This document shows, one piece after another, positions 51,950-62,083 of a DNA stretch of 64,000 nucleotides. Position numbers and translations under genes: made by a program. Within the stretch, counting starts at the first letter, position 1, and each line of letters begins with the position of its first letter. Source of the stretch: Thermodesulfobacteriota bacterium (lineage in GTDB: Bacteria; Desulfobacterota_D; UBA1144; Nemesobacterales; JAJCZQ01); the NCBI GenBank assembly GCA_965215275.1, contig OZ244044.1:32001-96000 (forward strand), given 5' to 3'. The notes below the pieces were generated by a model. That model saw only the letters and a program-made list of their open reading frames with translations. It was not told where the DNA came from and did not search any database.

Positions 51950-52987
51950 TTAACCTGACCGTTTTTCACTGAAATTATTAATATTCTCCAGAATAGAACT
52001 GATAAGTCTGATAGTGCTTTCTATATCGTCTTTATATGCGATGGAACTCGGACTGTGCATATATCTGGTGGGAACCGATATTGCTGCTGCACGGCATCCC
52101 TTGCCTGTAACCTGCATTGCCGTGGCGTTGGTACCGCCTACTTTTTTAACTGTGATCTGACAGGGTATTTCCTTCTTTTTTGCGGTCTCGTTTATAAAGA
52201 AAGAGAATTCTCTGTCTGCTATCAGGTATCTGTCAGATAGCCTTATTTCCGGTCCTTTGTTTACGTTTGCCATTGATTTATTTGCCGGTATTCCTGGAAC
52301 GTCCATTGCAACGGTGCCTTCCAGGGCAATAATAAAATCAGGTTCTACGACTGGGGTTATAAGCCTTGCACCTCTTAATCCTATTTCCTCCTGCACTGTT
52401 GCGGTGACAAAAAGGTCGCAATTGATATCAGGACCTCTTTTCAATGCCTCGATTATGATAAAAAGTCCCATTCTGTCGTCCAGTGCTTTTGAAATAACCG
52501 AATCTTCCGTTTCCACAAGTTCAGTACTGAAGGACACGTAATCCCCTATACTGACCAGGCTCTTGACCTTATCGGCAGATAGTCCGACGTCAACCACACA
52601 GTCCTCGATCTCCGGAACTTCCTTATTATTGCCGCTTTTGCTTACATGAGGAGGGGTAGCCGCTACCATACCGGCAAGTGGTCTTTTACCCCATATCGTC
52701 AGTCTCTGGGCATAGTAGACCCGCGGGTCCATACCTCCCATGGGGGTAAGGTTTATAAATCCCTTATCGTCTATATAATGGACCATAAAGCCAACCTCGT
52801 CCATGTGTGCGTCAAGGACCAGTTTACGACCTTTTCCCCTTACGTGTGCAATGACGTTCCCCATTGCGTCTGTGGAGATGTCCTTTGTGAAACCTTTAAG
52901 TTCTTTAATTACAAGGTCGCGTATAAGACCTTCTCCTCCGGGCATACCCGGAGTATCGCATAATTCCTTCAGCAGTTTTATGTTCAT
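51950..52987 (-). CDS. M42-family aminopeptidase
   Basis: AHMDEVG, KALDDR, QEEIGLRGA, RYMHSP. Confidence 0.95.
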   Translation of the reverse strand: MNIKLLKELCDTPGMPGGEGLIRDLVIKELKGFTKDISTDAMGNVIAHVRGKGRKLVLDAHMDEVGFMVHYIDDKGFINLTPMGGMDPRVYYAQRLTIWGKRPLAGMVAATPPHVSKSGNNKEVPEIEDCVVDVGLSADKVKSLVSIGDYVSFSTELVETEDSVISKALDDRMGLFIIIEALKRGPDINCDLFVTATVQEEIGLRGARLITPVVEPDFIIALEGTVAMDVPGIPANKSMANVNKGPEIRLSDRYLIADREFSFFINETAKKKEIPCQITVKKVGGTNATAMQVTGKGCRAAAISVPTRYMHSPSSIAYKDDIESTIRLISSILENINNFSEKRSG

Positions 52988-53072
52988 TTGGCCCTTTATT
53001 ATAACTTACAAACTATGTATTTCCAGAAAGTTAATTGATTTGAGGGGGTAAAACCTCTACTATTTTAACGAT

Positions 53073-54434
53073 ATGGGTAAAAAGATCAGTTCCAATACCA
53101 GTTCTTCTCTGTTCCTGCAGCCTGAGTCGACCAAACCTCTTGCTGAAAGACTGAGACCTGAAAAGCTGGAAGAGGTCGTTGGTCAGGATCATTTGATCGG
53201 AAAAGACGGAGTGATTAAAAAGATGATCGATGCAGGTGCGATCCAGCCCATGATCTTCTGGGGTGCCCCGGGTACGGGCAAAACTACCCTTGCCCGTATT
53301 ATAGCGGACCAGGTTAATGCCGATATATACCATATAAATGCAATATCCTCGGGAGTTAAAGATCTGCGGGAGGTAATTGAAAAGGCCAGTGAATCGATCC
53401 TGACGGGTAAAAAGACCGTTCTGTTCGTAGACGAGATACACAGGTTTAACAAATCGCAGCAGTCAGCTCTTCTGAAGAGCGTGGAGGATGGGACCGTGGT
53501 GCTCATTGGTGCCACTACCGAAAACCCGTCCTTTGAAGTCATTTCTCCGCTTCTGTCAAGGTCTCAGGTCTACACTTTAAACCCGCTTAATGAAGTTGAT
53601 CTGAAAGAGATATTAGTTCGTGCTTTAAAAAGTATATTTAAACAGGGAGATAAGAGCGGCAGCAGGCACGTTGAGATAAAAATAGATAAGAAGGCGGAAG
53701 ATGAACTGATCAGGCTGGCGGGTGGAGATGCGAGGGTAATGCTCAATGCCCTGGAAGTCGCGGTTTGTACGGTCCCTGCTGATAAAGATGATGTAACAGC
53801 AATAGATCTGGGTATGGTAAAGCAGGCTTATCAGACCAGCAGATACAGGTATGATCAATCCGGTGAAGATCATTACAACACCATTTCAGCTTTTATAAAA
53901 AGCGTAAGGGGCAGCGACCCCGATGCTTCGGTCTATTATCTGGCAAGAATGCTGGAAGCAGGTGAAGACGTTAAGTTCATCGCAAGAAGGCTTATAATCC
54001 TTGCCTCGGAGGACATAGGGAATGCAGAACCATATGCCCTCACTCTGGCAACCAGCTGCTTTACCGCGGTAAACTACGTTGGGTTACCTGAAGCGTCTTT
54101 GATACTGGCTCAGACTTCCACATATCTTGCAAGTTGTCCAAAAAGCAACGCTTCCTGTCTGGCAATTGGAAAAGCCGTTAGTGAGGTCAGATCAAAACCT
54201 AACCTGGAGGTGCCGATGCATTTAAGGAACGCTCCTACTAAACTTATGAAGGATCTGGGATATGGTAAGGACTACAGGTATTCACACAACTACAAGGGAC
54301 ATTTTGCGGACCAGGATTTCCTTCCTGATGAACTGGCGGACAGAATATATTACGAGCCGACTGAAATAGGACGTGAAGCCTCGCTCAAAAAATACCTTGA
54401 AGCCAAATGGAAGAAGAGACGAAAGATAAAGTAG
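53073..54434 (+). CDS. rarA: Replication-associated recombination protein A
   Basis: PLAERLRP, DEIHRFNKSQQ, KSVRGSDPDA, SEDIGNA. Confidence 0.97.
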   Translation: MGKKISSNTSSSLFLQPESTKPLAERLRPEKLEEVVGQDHLIGKDGVIKKMIDAGAIQPMIFWGAPGTGKTTLARIIADQVNADIYHINAISSGVKDLREVIEKASESILTGKKTVLFVDEIHRFNKSQQSALLKSVEDGTVVLIGATTENPSFEVISPLLSRSQVYTLNPLNEVDLKEILVRALKSIFKQGDKSGSRHVEIKIDKKAEDELIRLAGGDARVMLNALEVAVCTVPADKDDVTAIDLGMVKQAYQTSRYRYDQSGEDHYNTISAFIKSVRGSDPDASVYYLARMLEAGEDVKFIARRLIILASEDIGNAEPYALTLATSCFTAVNYVGLPEASLILAQTSTYLASCPKSNASCLAIGKAVSEVRSKPNLEVPMHLRNAPTKLMKDLGYGKDYRYSHNYKGHFADQDFLPDELADRIYYEPTEIGREASLKKYLEAKWKKRRKIK

Positions 54435-54557
54435 CTTTGATTGGGAACCGTAATGATACTGATGGTATTTAATGATAAGACCGTAACGGACCCCGATTGA
54501 TGAAAATACCAGAGCGGTTAACATATTCAGCGAGTTTTCCAGACGGCGTAAAGGATC

Positions 54558-55598
54558 ATGAAAGTAGGAGTTACCGGAGCAACGGGGTTTATTGGTGGAA
54601 GGTTATTAAGAAGATTGCTGAGCGAAGGTCACAAGGTCAAATGCCTCGTAAGGAACCAGGATAAGGCCAGGCTCGTTGAAAGGATCGGGGCTGAGGCATA
54701 TACAGGAGATCTTTCCGACCCGGCGAGTCTGGAAGGTTTTCCTCAGGACTGCAGGTACATCTATCACGTTGCTGCACTTGTATCTGAATGGGGTAAAAAA
54801 TATGACTTCTATAGGAACAATGTGCAAGCTACAACGACCTTGCTGGAAAGTTCACAAAAACATGGTGTAAAAAGGTTTATCTTTGTCAGTTCTTCCACGG
54901 TCGTCTGGACGGTGAGCTTCTGGAAAATGCACGACCTCAGGGATATAGAGGAGAGCTATCCTTATCCTGAAAAATACACCGACCTGTATAACGAATCCAA
55001 AAGCATGGCAGAAAAGCTGGTGCTGCGTTTTCATAGGGACAACGGTCTGGAAACGGTCGTGATAAGACCATCGAACGTCTGGGGTGCAGGTGATAAGGTT
55101 ATCCTTCCCAGGATTATCCAGGCGGCAAGGAAAGGATTTCTTATACGGATGGGTTCCGGAAAGAACGTTATAACTCCGTGTCACGTTGATAATCTTGTTG
55201 AGAGCCTTGTTCTGGTAACAGAGAAGGATAGCGCAGCGGGAAAGGTCTATTTTATCAATGATGGAAATAAGGTGGAATACTGTGATTTTCTAAAGGACCA
55301 GCTTCGCGCCGCTGGAATAGACTGGGAACCAAACTACCTTATTCCTTATAAACTTGGCTATCTTATTGCTCTGTCCATGGAAATGCTTTATAAACTCATA
55401 AGGTCACAGTCTCCACCGGTCTTAACGAGGTTTGCCGTTGCCGCGCTTTCCGGCACAAGGAGCTACAGTACCGCACGGGCGGAAAAGGACCTTGGGTATA
55501 GGAGCGTAGTGGACTATAAAGAGGGAATGGAAAAGCTCAGGCAGTGGATAGGCAGCGATACGGGACCGGGGGCAGGGGGCTCGTTCTTAGATGGTTAA
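54558..55598 (+). CDS. NAD-dependent epimerase/dehydratase (extended SDR, 3-beta-HSD-like)
   Basis: TGATGFIG, YNESK. Confidence 0.9.
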   Translation: MKVGVTGATGFIGGRLLRRLLSEGHKVKCLVRNQDKARLVERIGAEAYTGDLSDPASLEGFPQDCRYIYHVAALVSEWGKKYDFYRNNVQATTTLLESSQKHGVKRFIFVSSSTVVWTVSFWKMHDLRDIEESYPYPEKYTDLYNESKSMAEKLVLRFHRDNGLETVVIRPSNVWGAGDKVILPRIIQAARKGFLIRMGSGKNVITPCHVDNLVESLVLVTEKDSAAGKVYFINDGNKVEYCDFLKDQLRAAGIDWEPNYLIPYKLGYLIALSMEMLYKLIRSQSPPVLTRFAVAALSGTRSYSTARAEKDLGYRSVVDYKEGMEKLRQWIGSDTGPGAGGSFLDG

Positions 55599-56298
55599 AA
55601 ATGATGATACTGCCGTACGGGTCCGTGGATTGAGTAAATCCTACGGTTCTTCAAGGATCTTAAGCGATATGGACCTGGAACTTCGAAAGGGGGAGTCTGC
55701 AGTTCTTTTTGGTCCTAATGGTGCAGGTAAGACCACGCTCGTAAAAATACTTGCAGCACTTATAAAGCCGGACGCCGGAGAAGTGTATATAAATGGCCGT
55801 AGTTTGAAAAAAGAACCGCAGGAAATAAGAAGGACGGTAGGCGTTGTTTCTCATGAGCATTTTTTATATTACGACCTTACAGTGGCGGAAAATATGAGGT
55901 TCTTCGGCAGGCTTTACGGAGTTGAGGAACTGTCTGAAAAAGTAGACCTCAGCCTTCAGGGTCTGGGTATCCATTTCAAAAAGAACGAACTTGTAAGGGA
56001 CCTCTCAAACGGAATGAAACAGAGAGCGTCAATAGCCAGGGCCATGTTGCATGAACCTGATATACTGATGTTCGATGAGCCTTTTGCAGGACTGGATAGT
56101 GAAGGTGTTTCTTTTCTGATCAACGTTATTGAAAGATCCAGAAAAAACAATAAAACCGTTATTGTTACCACACATAATTCAGATTTAGGATTAAAGATCT
56201 GTGATGTGGTTCTCATGCTGGACCAAGGCAGGGTGAGGTATAAAAGACCGGCTGGTGAAGTCAGTTCGGACCAGTTAAGAACGGGAGCAGGCCTTTAA
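55591..56298 (+). CDS. ccmA: Heme ABC exporter ATP-binding protein
   Basis: GPNGAGKTT, LSNGMKQR, DEPFAGLD; first gene of the ccm cluster. Confidence 0.9.
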   Translation: MVKNDDTAVRVRGLSKSYGSSRILSDMDLELRKGESAVLFGPNGAGKTTLVKILAALIKPDAGEVYINGRSLKKEPQEIRRTVGVVSHEHFLYYDLTVAENMRFFGRLYGVEELSEKVDLSLQGLGIHFKKNELVRDLSNGMKQRASIARAMLHEPDILMFDEPFAGLDSEGVSFLINVIERSRKNNKTVIVTTHNSDLGLKICDVVLMLDQGRVRYKRPAGEVSSDQLRTGAGL

Positions 56299-56398
56299 CG
56301 TTCTGGCGTTGTGTTTTTCAAAACAAAAGCTAAAATTAAACGGCACTGGACCGGACTGAAAACCTTTATTGATCACACCCGGTTGTGTCGGATAAAAT

Positions 56399-57070
56399 AT
56401 GAACAGTATTACGACCATACTCTGGAAGGACATTGTAAGAGAAATGCGTACCAGGGAGATGCTCTTCTCAATGGTGGCTTTTTCGGTCGTGGTGGTTGTG
56501 CTGTTCAGTTTCAGTATAGACGTTACCAGTAAAAATGCCGCTTTTCTTGTTCCCTCACTTTTATGGGTATCAACGGTATTTGTCGGAACTTTGGGTCTGA
56601 GCAGGTCGTTTGCAGTGGAAAAGGAAAACGGTGCCATTACGGGCGTTCTTTTAAGCCCTGTTGACAGGAGCTTTTTATATTTTGCAAAAGTTCTGAGCAA
56701 CTTTCTTTATATTTTAATAATACAGCTGTTACTTACGGCACTTTTTATCCTGCTGTTCAATATAAACGTCAAAGGCGGTTTTTCAGACCTGCTGCTGGTA
56801 CTTGTGCTGGGAGGTATAGGTTTTTCCTCTCTTGGAACGCTTTTTTCCACAATGGCCATAAATACCAGGCTGCGAGAGATGATCCTTCCAGTTATACTCT
56901 TTCCCTTACTTTTGCCCGTTCTGGTAAATGCAATAAAGGCAACGTCAGTAATTTTAGCTGGCGGGGCTTTTAGTGAGGTTTTTGTTTTTTTAAAGATAAT
57001 GATCAGTTTTGATATAATTTTTCTTGCAGCGAGTTCGCTTGTTTACGAGTACGTGGTTGAGGGGTCATAG
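56399..57070 (+). CDS. ccmB: Heme exporter permease
   Basis: WKD, RSFAVEKENG, LPVILFPLLLP. Confidence 0.93.
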   Translation: MNSITTILWKDIVREMRTREMLFSMVAFSVVVVVLFSFSIDVTSKNAAFLVPSLLWVSTVFVGTLGLSRSFAVEKENGAITGVLLSPVDRSFLYFAKVLSNFLYILIIQLLLTALFILLFNINVKGGFSDLLLVLVLGGIGFSSLGTLFSTMAINTRLREMILPVILFPLLLPVLVNAIKATSVILAGGAFSEVFVFLKIMISFDIIFLAASSLVYEYVVEGS

Positions 57071-57077
57071 TTACCAG

Positions 57078-57728
57078 ATGAGGATCATACTGTATATATC
57101 AGCTTTTATATTGATGCTCTTATCCACCTGGGCAGCGTTCATTTATGCTCCGACCGAGTTGAAAATGGGGGATATACAGAGGATATTTTATTTTCACATG
57201 GGATCGGTCTGGGTGGCAACTATTGCGTTCACAATGGTCTTTATATCAAGTATTGCCTATCTGATAAACAGGAAAAGAGAGTGGGATATAAGAGCTTATG
57301 CATCCGCCGAGATAGGGGTCGTGTTTATCACGATAACGATAGTAACGGGAAGTATCTGGGCAAAGCCCGTGTGGGGTACCTGGTGGACCTGGGACCCGCA
57401 GCTTACCACGACGTTCATATTGTGGATACTTTACTGTGTCTATTTATTGATACGTGCAAATTCAGGTTACGATGAAAAAAAAGCCAGATACTCTGCCGTT
57501 TTTGCCATTATTGCATATATAGACCTTCCCCTGGTCTATATATCAGCAAGGGTCATGCGAGGTATTTCTCCGGTTGTATTTGGGCCCGGGGGCGGAGGGA
57601 TCGAACCTGAGATGATGCACACCCTTTTACTTGCATTACTGGCGTTTACCCTTTTATTTATAGTGTTAATAGCAGAGCGGATAAGAATAGAAAAGGCCAG
57701 GTACAAGATCGATCTGCTGGCAAATTAA
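57078..57728 (+). CDS. ccmC: Heme exporter protein C
   Basis: RIFYFH, WAKPVWGTWWTWDP. Confidence 0.96.
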   Translation: MRIILYISAFILMLLSTWAAFIYAPTELKMGDIQRIFYFHMGSVWVATIAFTMVFISSIAYLINRKREWDIRAYASAEIGVVFITITIVTGSIWAKPVWGTWWTWDPQLTTTFILWILYCVYLLIRANSGYDEKKARYSAVFAIIAYIDLPLVYISARVMRGISPVVFGPGGGGIEPEMMHTLLLALLAFTLLFIVLIAERIRIEKARYKIDLLAN

Positions 57729-57740
57729 GGAGGTTTTATA

Positions 57741-57857
57741 GTGGGATATCTTTTCTGGGGTCATGCGGCAACCTGGATAATTATAGTCCTTTACACGGTC
57801 TACCTGATAAGAGAGACGAAAAAACTTGAGCAAAAGCTGGAAGATATTGAAAAGTAA
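57741..57857 (+). CDS. ccmD: CcmD-like small membrane protein (38 aa, GTG start)
   Basis: SD AAGGAGG; MGYLFWGHAATWIIIVLYTVYLIRETKKLEQKLEDIEK; lies between ccmC and ccmE. Confidence 0.8.
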   Translation: MGYLFWGHAATWIIIVLYTVYLIRETKKLEQKLEDIEK

Positions 57858-57867
57858 CAGAACTAAC

Positions 57868-58302
57868 ATGTTAAAGAACAAACTGAAATTTATCGTTGCG
57901 ATCGTAATAATAATAAGCACTTTAAGCTATCTTGTGTTTGCAGGCGTGAAGGACACGATGGTCTATTACCTTACCGTAAGCGAACTTAAAGCCAGGGTCC
58001 CTTCCGTCTATGGAACCAGGGTGAGGGTTTCCGGTGCCGTGGTTCCCGGTACCATTGAAAAAAACGCCGACAGGGACCTTAAGTTTCAAATAGCCGATGA
58101 CCGTGGCAGCATTGACGTTGTTTACAGCGGGATCGTGCCCGATATATTCAGGGACGGAGTTGAAGCGGTCGTGGAGGGGGAGTATTTCAGCAATAACCAG
58201 TTTGAGGCTGATGTGCTTCTGGCAAAATGTCCAACGAAATATGAGTCGGACGAGCAGCTTTATGATCTGAGTGGAAAAATGGTTGATGTGGCAGATAGGT
58301 AA
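57868..58302 (+). CDS. ccmE: Heme chaperone CcmE, CxxxY variant
   Basis: YYLTVSE, PDIFRDG, LLAKCPTKY. Confidence 0.95.
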   Translation: MLKNKLKFIVAIVIIISTLSYLVFAGVKDTMVYYLTVSELKARVPSVYGTRVRVSGAVVPGTIEKNADRDLKFQIADDRGSIDVVYSGIVPDIFRDGVEAVVEGEYFSNNQFEADVLLAKCPTKYESDEQLYDLSGKMVDVADR

Positions 58303-60259
58303 CGTCTCCATTTATTTTGCTTTTTTTCTTTCACTTTACACTGTAGTGGCTTCACTTGCAGGAGTGAGGTTAGGTAGCACGGACCTGCTGAAAAGCAGCA
58401 GGAACTCTGCCTTGTCGATCTTTGTTCTACTGCTTATAGCCTGTTTTTCGCTTGTCTATGAACTTACCCATCTGAATTTCTCACTGAGATACGTTGCACT
58501 TAACACAAGCACGGACCTTCCCGTGATATACAGATTTACGGCACTCTGGGCCGGACAGTCAGGTTCATTACTGCTCTGGTGTTTTATTCTGTCGATCTAT
58601 TCAGCAATAGCCGTTTTCAGACCTGGTAATAAATATCTGTCCTTTGATCCTTACGTTACAGTGGTGCTCTTTTCCATACTTACCTTTTTTCTGTACCTGA
58701 TCACTTTTACTGAAAATCCCTTTCAAAAAGCCCCTTTTGTTCCAGAAGAGGGAAGGGGGCTGAACCCGATATTACAAAACGCCTATATGGCGATCCATCC
58801 CGTAACTCTTTATCTGGGATATGTTGGATTGACGGTTCCTTATGCCTACGGAATGGCCGCACTGCTGAGCGGAAGACTTGACGATACATGGATCAGGAAT
58901 TCCAGGAAGTGGACACTGTTTGCCTGGACGTTCCTTAGTATTGGATTGATACTCGGTGCAAGGTGGGCGTACCTTGAGCTTGGATGGGGAGGTTACTGGG
59001 CATGGGACCCGGTTGAAAATGCGGCTTTTATGCCCTGGTTATCTGCAACGGCTTTTCTGCATTCGGTTATGATCCAGGAAAGGAAAGGAATGCTGAAAAA
59101 GTGGAATATAATACTGCTTATAATTACTTTTTTTCTAACGCTTTTCGGCACTTTTATTACAAGGAGCGGTATAATATCCTCGGTCCATTCCTTTGCCCAG
59201 TCGGATATAGGTCTCCCGTTCCTCTCTTTTATAGCCTTTGTACTTATTTTTTCATTTGCAGCTTTTGTCTACAGACTGAAAAGCCTTGAGGAGGAGGATA
59301 GTTTTGATTCCATTCTTTCAAGGGAAAGTGCCTTTATATTCAACAATCTGCTGTTCTTAGGGGCAGCTTTCACGGTGTTTATCGGAACACTGTTCCCCAT
59401 TATCTCCGAAGCGCTGGCTGGGGAAAAGATCCTTGTCGGACCGCCGTACTTCAATAAAGTAAACGTACCAATAGGGCTTGTTCTTATTTTCTTAATGGGA
59501 GTTGGTCCTCTTATTTCATGGAGAAAGTCTTCCGTGGACAGCTTACGGAAAAATTTTCTTGCCCCGGTCCTGGTCGGTATTTCAGTAACGGTGGTTTTAT
59601 TTGTTTTAAATATCAGGGACGCGGTCGCTTTGATAACGTTCGGTATATGCGGTTTTGTCGTCACTACGGTCTTTGCTGAGTTCTGTAAAGGGATTTCAGT
59701 AAGGATGAGCAGAAATGAAAATATGCTCACGGCGTTTGCGATGCTGATCTCCAAAAACAAAAGAAGGTACGGAGGGTATATAGTTCATCTCGGCGTCGTA
59801 TTGATCGTAATAGGTATAACTTCTTCATCAACGTTCAATGTAGAGAGGAAGGTGAGCGTTAGAACGGGAGAGAAAGTAGAGGTCGGAAAATATGAATTGA
59901 GATTCAGGGGTCTTGAAACTTACGATAACGATGCGAAAAGCGGCACCAAGGCCATTCTTTCCTTAACCCATGGTAACAGGAAGGTCGGGGAGCTTTATCC
60001 TGAAAAGAACGTTTATAAATACGAAGGGAACAGAGAGATCAACCAGGAAACCGAAGTGGCTTTGCGGTCCACTCTGACCGACGACCTGTACGTTATACTT
60101 TCTGACGTAATAGATCAGAACAATGTTGTTTTAAGGATTTTTATAAATCCGCTGGTGAGCTGGATATGGGCTGGCGGCATAGTGGTGGCTTTTGGTGCCG
60201 CCGTAGCCATGATGCCTGCGTTCAAAGGCAGAAAGGTGCGCGGGGTGGTAGCCGAATGA
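58286..60259 (+). CDS. ccmF: Heme lyase CcmF
   Basis: WAGQSGSLLLW, WGGYWAWDPVEN, SVHSF. Confidence 0.97.
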   Translation: MWQIGNVSIYFAFFLSLYTVVASLAGVRLGSTDLLKSSRNSALSIFVLLLIACFSLVYELTHLNFSLRYVALNTSTDLPVIYRFTALWAGQSGSLLLWCFILSIYSAIAVFRPGNKYLSFDPYVTVVLFSILTFFLYLITFTENPFQKAPFVPEEGRGLNPILQNAYMAIHPVTLYLGYVGLTVPYAYGMAALLSGRLDDTWIRNSRKWTLFAWTFLSIGLILGARWAYLELGWGGYWAWDPVENAAFMPWLSATAFLHSVMIQERKGMLKKWNIILLIITFFLTLFGTFITRSGIISSVHSFAQSDIGLPFLSFIAFVLIFSFAAFVYRLKSLEEEDSFDSILSRESAFIFNNLLFLGAAFTVFIGTLFPIISEALAGEKILVGPPYFNKVNVPIGLVLIFLMGVGPLISWRKSSVDSLRKNFLAPVLVGISVTVVLFVLNIRDAVALITFGICGFVVTTVFAEFCKGISVRMSRNENMLTAFAMLISKNKRRYGGYIVHLGVVLIVIGITSSSTFNVERKVSVRTGEKVEVGKYELRFRGLETYDNDAKSGTKAILSLTHGNRKVGELYPEKNVYKYEGNREINQETEVALRSTLTDDLYVILSDVIDQNNVVLRIFINPLVSWIWAGGIVVAFGAAVAMMPAFKGRKVRGVVAE

Positions 60260-60606
60260 TCAACTTGGTCATATTGATAATATCTCTTGTGATCTCCCTT
60301 TTTGTGATCATGCCACTCGTGAGAGGACTGATCACAGAGGATAGCGTCGAACGTGATAAAAAGACGTCTTCAGACGGTTCATACAAAGAAGACCTTTACG
60401 ACCTGGAGAGGAAGAAAGATCTGATAATCAGTGAGATCGTGGACATTGATTTTGACTACGGGCTTGGCAAGTTGAATCATCAGGACTACAATGAAATTAA
60501 GGAAAAGTACAAGCTCAAGGCGGCGGAGATATTAAATCAGATCGATAAGGTAAAAAAAGTCGGATCTCGTAACGGCAGGTCGGATAAAGGCAACAAAGGG
60601 ATGTAG
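60256..60606 (+). CDS. CcmI/CycH-like N-terminal membrane protein
   Basis: TM helix followed by EIVDIDFDYGLGKLNHQDY; coupled to ccmF. Confidence 0.65.
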   Translation: MINLVILIISLVISLFVIMPLVRGLITEDSVERDKKTSSDGSYKEDLYDLERKKDLIISEIVDIDFDYGLGKLNHQDYNEIKEKYKLKAAEILNQIDKVKKVGSRNGRSDKGNKGM

Positions 60607-60685
60607 GAGGCTGGTTCAGATAAATATCTGTCCGCACTCTTGTAAGTCATAAGATATAAAAAACCTTGAGAAAATACTGCCGGTA

Positions 60686-61933
60686 ATGATGAAGAAAGGT
60701 CTTATATGTAAAGTTCTGCTTTTGCTTGTTCTGCATGTATATACGGATCATTCCTTTTCAGATGAACTAAGAGGCAAATGGCTGTTTGAAGACAGGAACT
60801 GTACCAGATGTCATACAATAGGCAGGGGAATATTTGTAGGTCCGGACCTTTACGAAATAGGCAAAAGGTACGATAAGGATGATATTACAAGCTGGATTAC
60901 CGACCCCGGGGTAATTTATCAGAAGGCTGGTAAAATGCCTGTGAATGAAGGTTATCCTCCGATGCCCAGGCTAAATGTCCCTGCTTTGGAAGCCGAGGAA
61001 ATAACCAGGTTTCTGCTTAACAATCAGATTAAAAAGACCGACAGGACGGGCGGCACTATAACCGGGAAGGTTAATAACAGAACGAAAGGTGATATCATCG
61101 TTGAGGGTGCTGACGTATATCTCAGGTCTTTTATGGGTGATAAAAAGATGGATGAGAAGCTGTCCATTTCAAATGAGGAAGGGGAATTTAGCTTTCGTAA
61201 TTTGAGATGGGACAGGAGCTACAGCTTGAGAATAAATTCAAACGGCGTGGAGTATGAAACCGCGAGAATGGTTTTTCCTCCTGATAGAGGTGTAATTGAT
61301 CTGGACCTGCCAGTTTATGACTTGAGCAGTAATGATTCAGGCATAGTAGTAAATGTTAACCATCACGTTATAGAAGTGGAGGATAAGGCTGTTTCCGTTG
61401 TGGATATATACCAGTTTGAGAACACGGGAAACACCATCTTCATGGGTAAAAAGGAACCAGAGGACGATTTTAACAAGACCATCAGGCTGAACGTTCCTGC
61501 AAAAGCCGAGAATATCAATTTTATGCAAGGGATCGAAAAGGAAAACGCCGTGAGAGAAGACGATGTGGTATATGATACTGCTGGTTTTCCGCCAGGAACA
61601 AAAAGAGTGGTAGTTGCTTATAAATTACCCTTGGGTTTTGGAAGAAGTAAACTGAAGAAGTCTTTTCACTATGATACCAGATCCGCTGTTGTGATAGCCA
61701 CGGAGTCAAGCAACGTTAAAGTGGATGGATTAGGTGATATGAAAAACGTTTCCTTGGATGATCAAAACTACCGGCGGTGGATCGGTAATGATATAAAAAA
61801 GGGGAAGGATATAAAGATAAGCTATTACAGTATGCGATTGGAACTCAATAAAATAGAAATTTATCCTATAATCATCTTTATATTGCTACTTCTGTTTGCA
61901 TTTTTATTCAGAATTAAAAAGAAAATAAAATAG
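60686..61933 (+). CDS. c-type cytochrome fused to beta-sandwich domains with a C-terminal TM anchor
   Basis: Signal peptide, CTRCH..VGPDL..MP, carboxypeptidase-regulatory-like GTITGKV..GEFSF, C-terminal hydrophobic helix. Confidence 0.8.
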   Translation: MMKKGLICKVLLLLVLHVYTDHSFSDELRGKWLFEDRNCTRCHTIGRGIFVGPDLYEIGKRYDKDDITSWITDPGVIYQKAGKMPVNEGYPPMPRLNVPALEAEEITRFLLNNQIKKTDRTGGTITGKVNNRTKGDIIVEGADVYLRSFMGDKKMDEKLSISNEEGEFSFRNLRWDRSYSLRINSNGVEYETARMVFPPDRGVIDLDLPVYDLSSNDSGIVVNVNHHVIEVEDKAVSVVDIYQFENTGNTIFMGKKEPEDDFNKTIRLNVPAKAENINFMQGIEKENAVREDDVVYDTAGFPPGTKRVVVAYKLPLGFGRSKLKKSFHYDTRSAVVIATESSNVKVDGLGDMKNVSLDDQNYRRWIGNDIKKGKDIKISYYSMRLELNKIEIYPIIIFILLLLFAFLFRIKKKIK

Positions 61934-62083
61934 TTTTATCGTGAGGTAATAACAACTGACAGATTGTATTAGTTTTGTTGATGTAATATAGTTTTGACAA
62001 GATATAACTCATGTGATACAACTACCTTGTAAATGTTCTGAGATTTTAAATTTATAGACAATTACGGAGGGGGGGGGGTAATT

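Noticed and set aside
51485..51950. CRISPR array next to tnpB (Cas12f-like system)
   Set aside because: No repeat-spacer periodicity; the only repeats are the 21-nt coding heptads of the small ORF.
56311..56532. ORF between ccmA and ccmB
   Set aside because: Overlaps ccmB out of frame and has no supporting motif.
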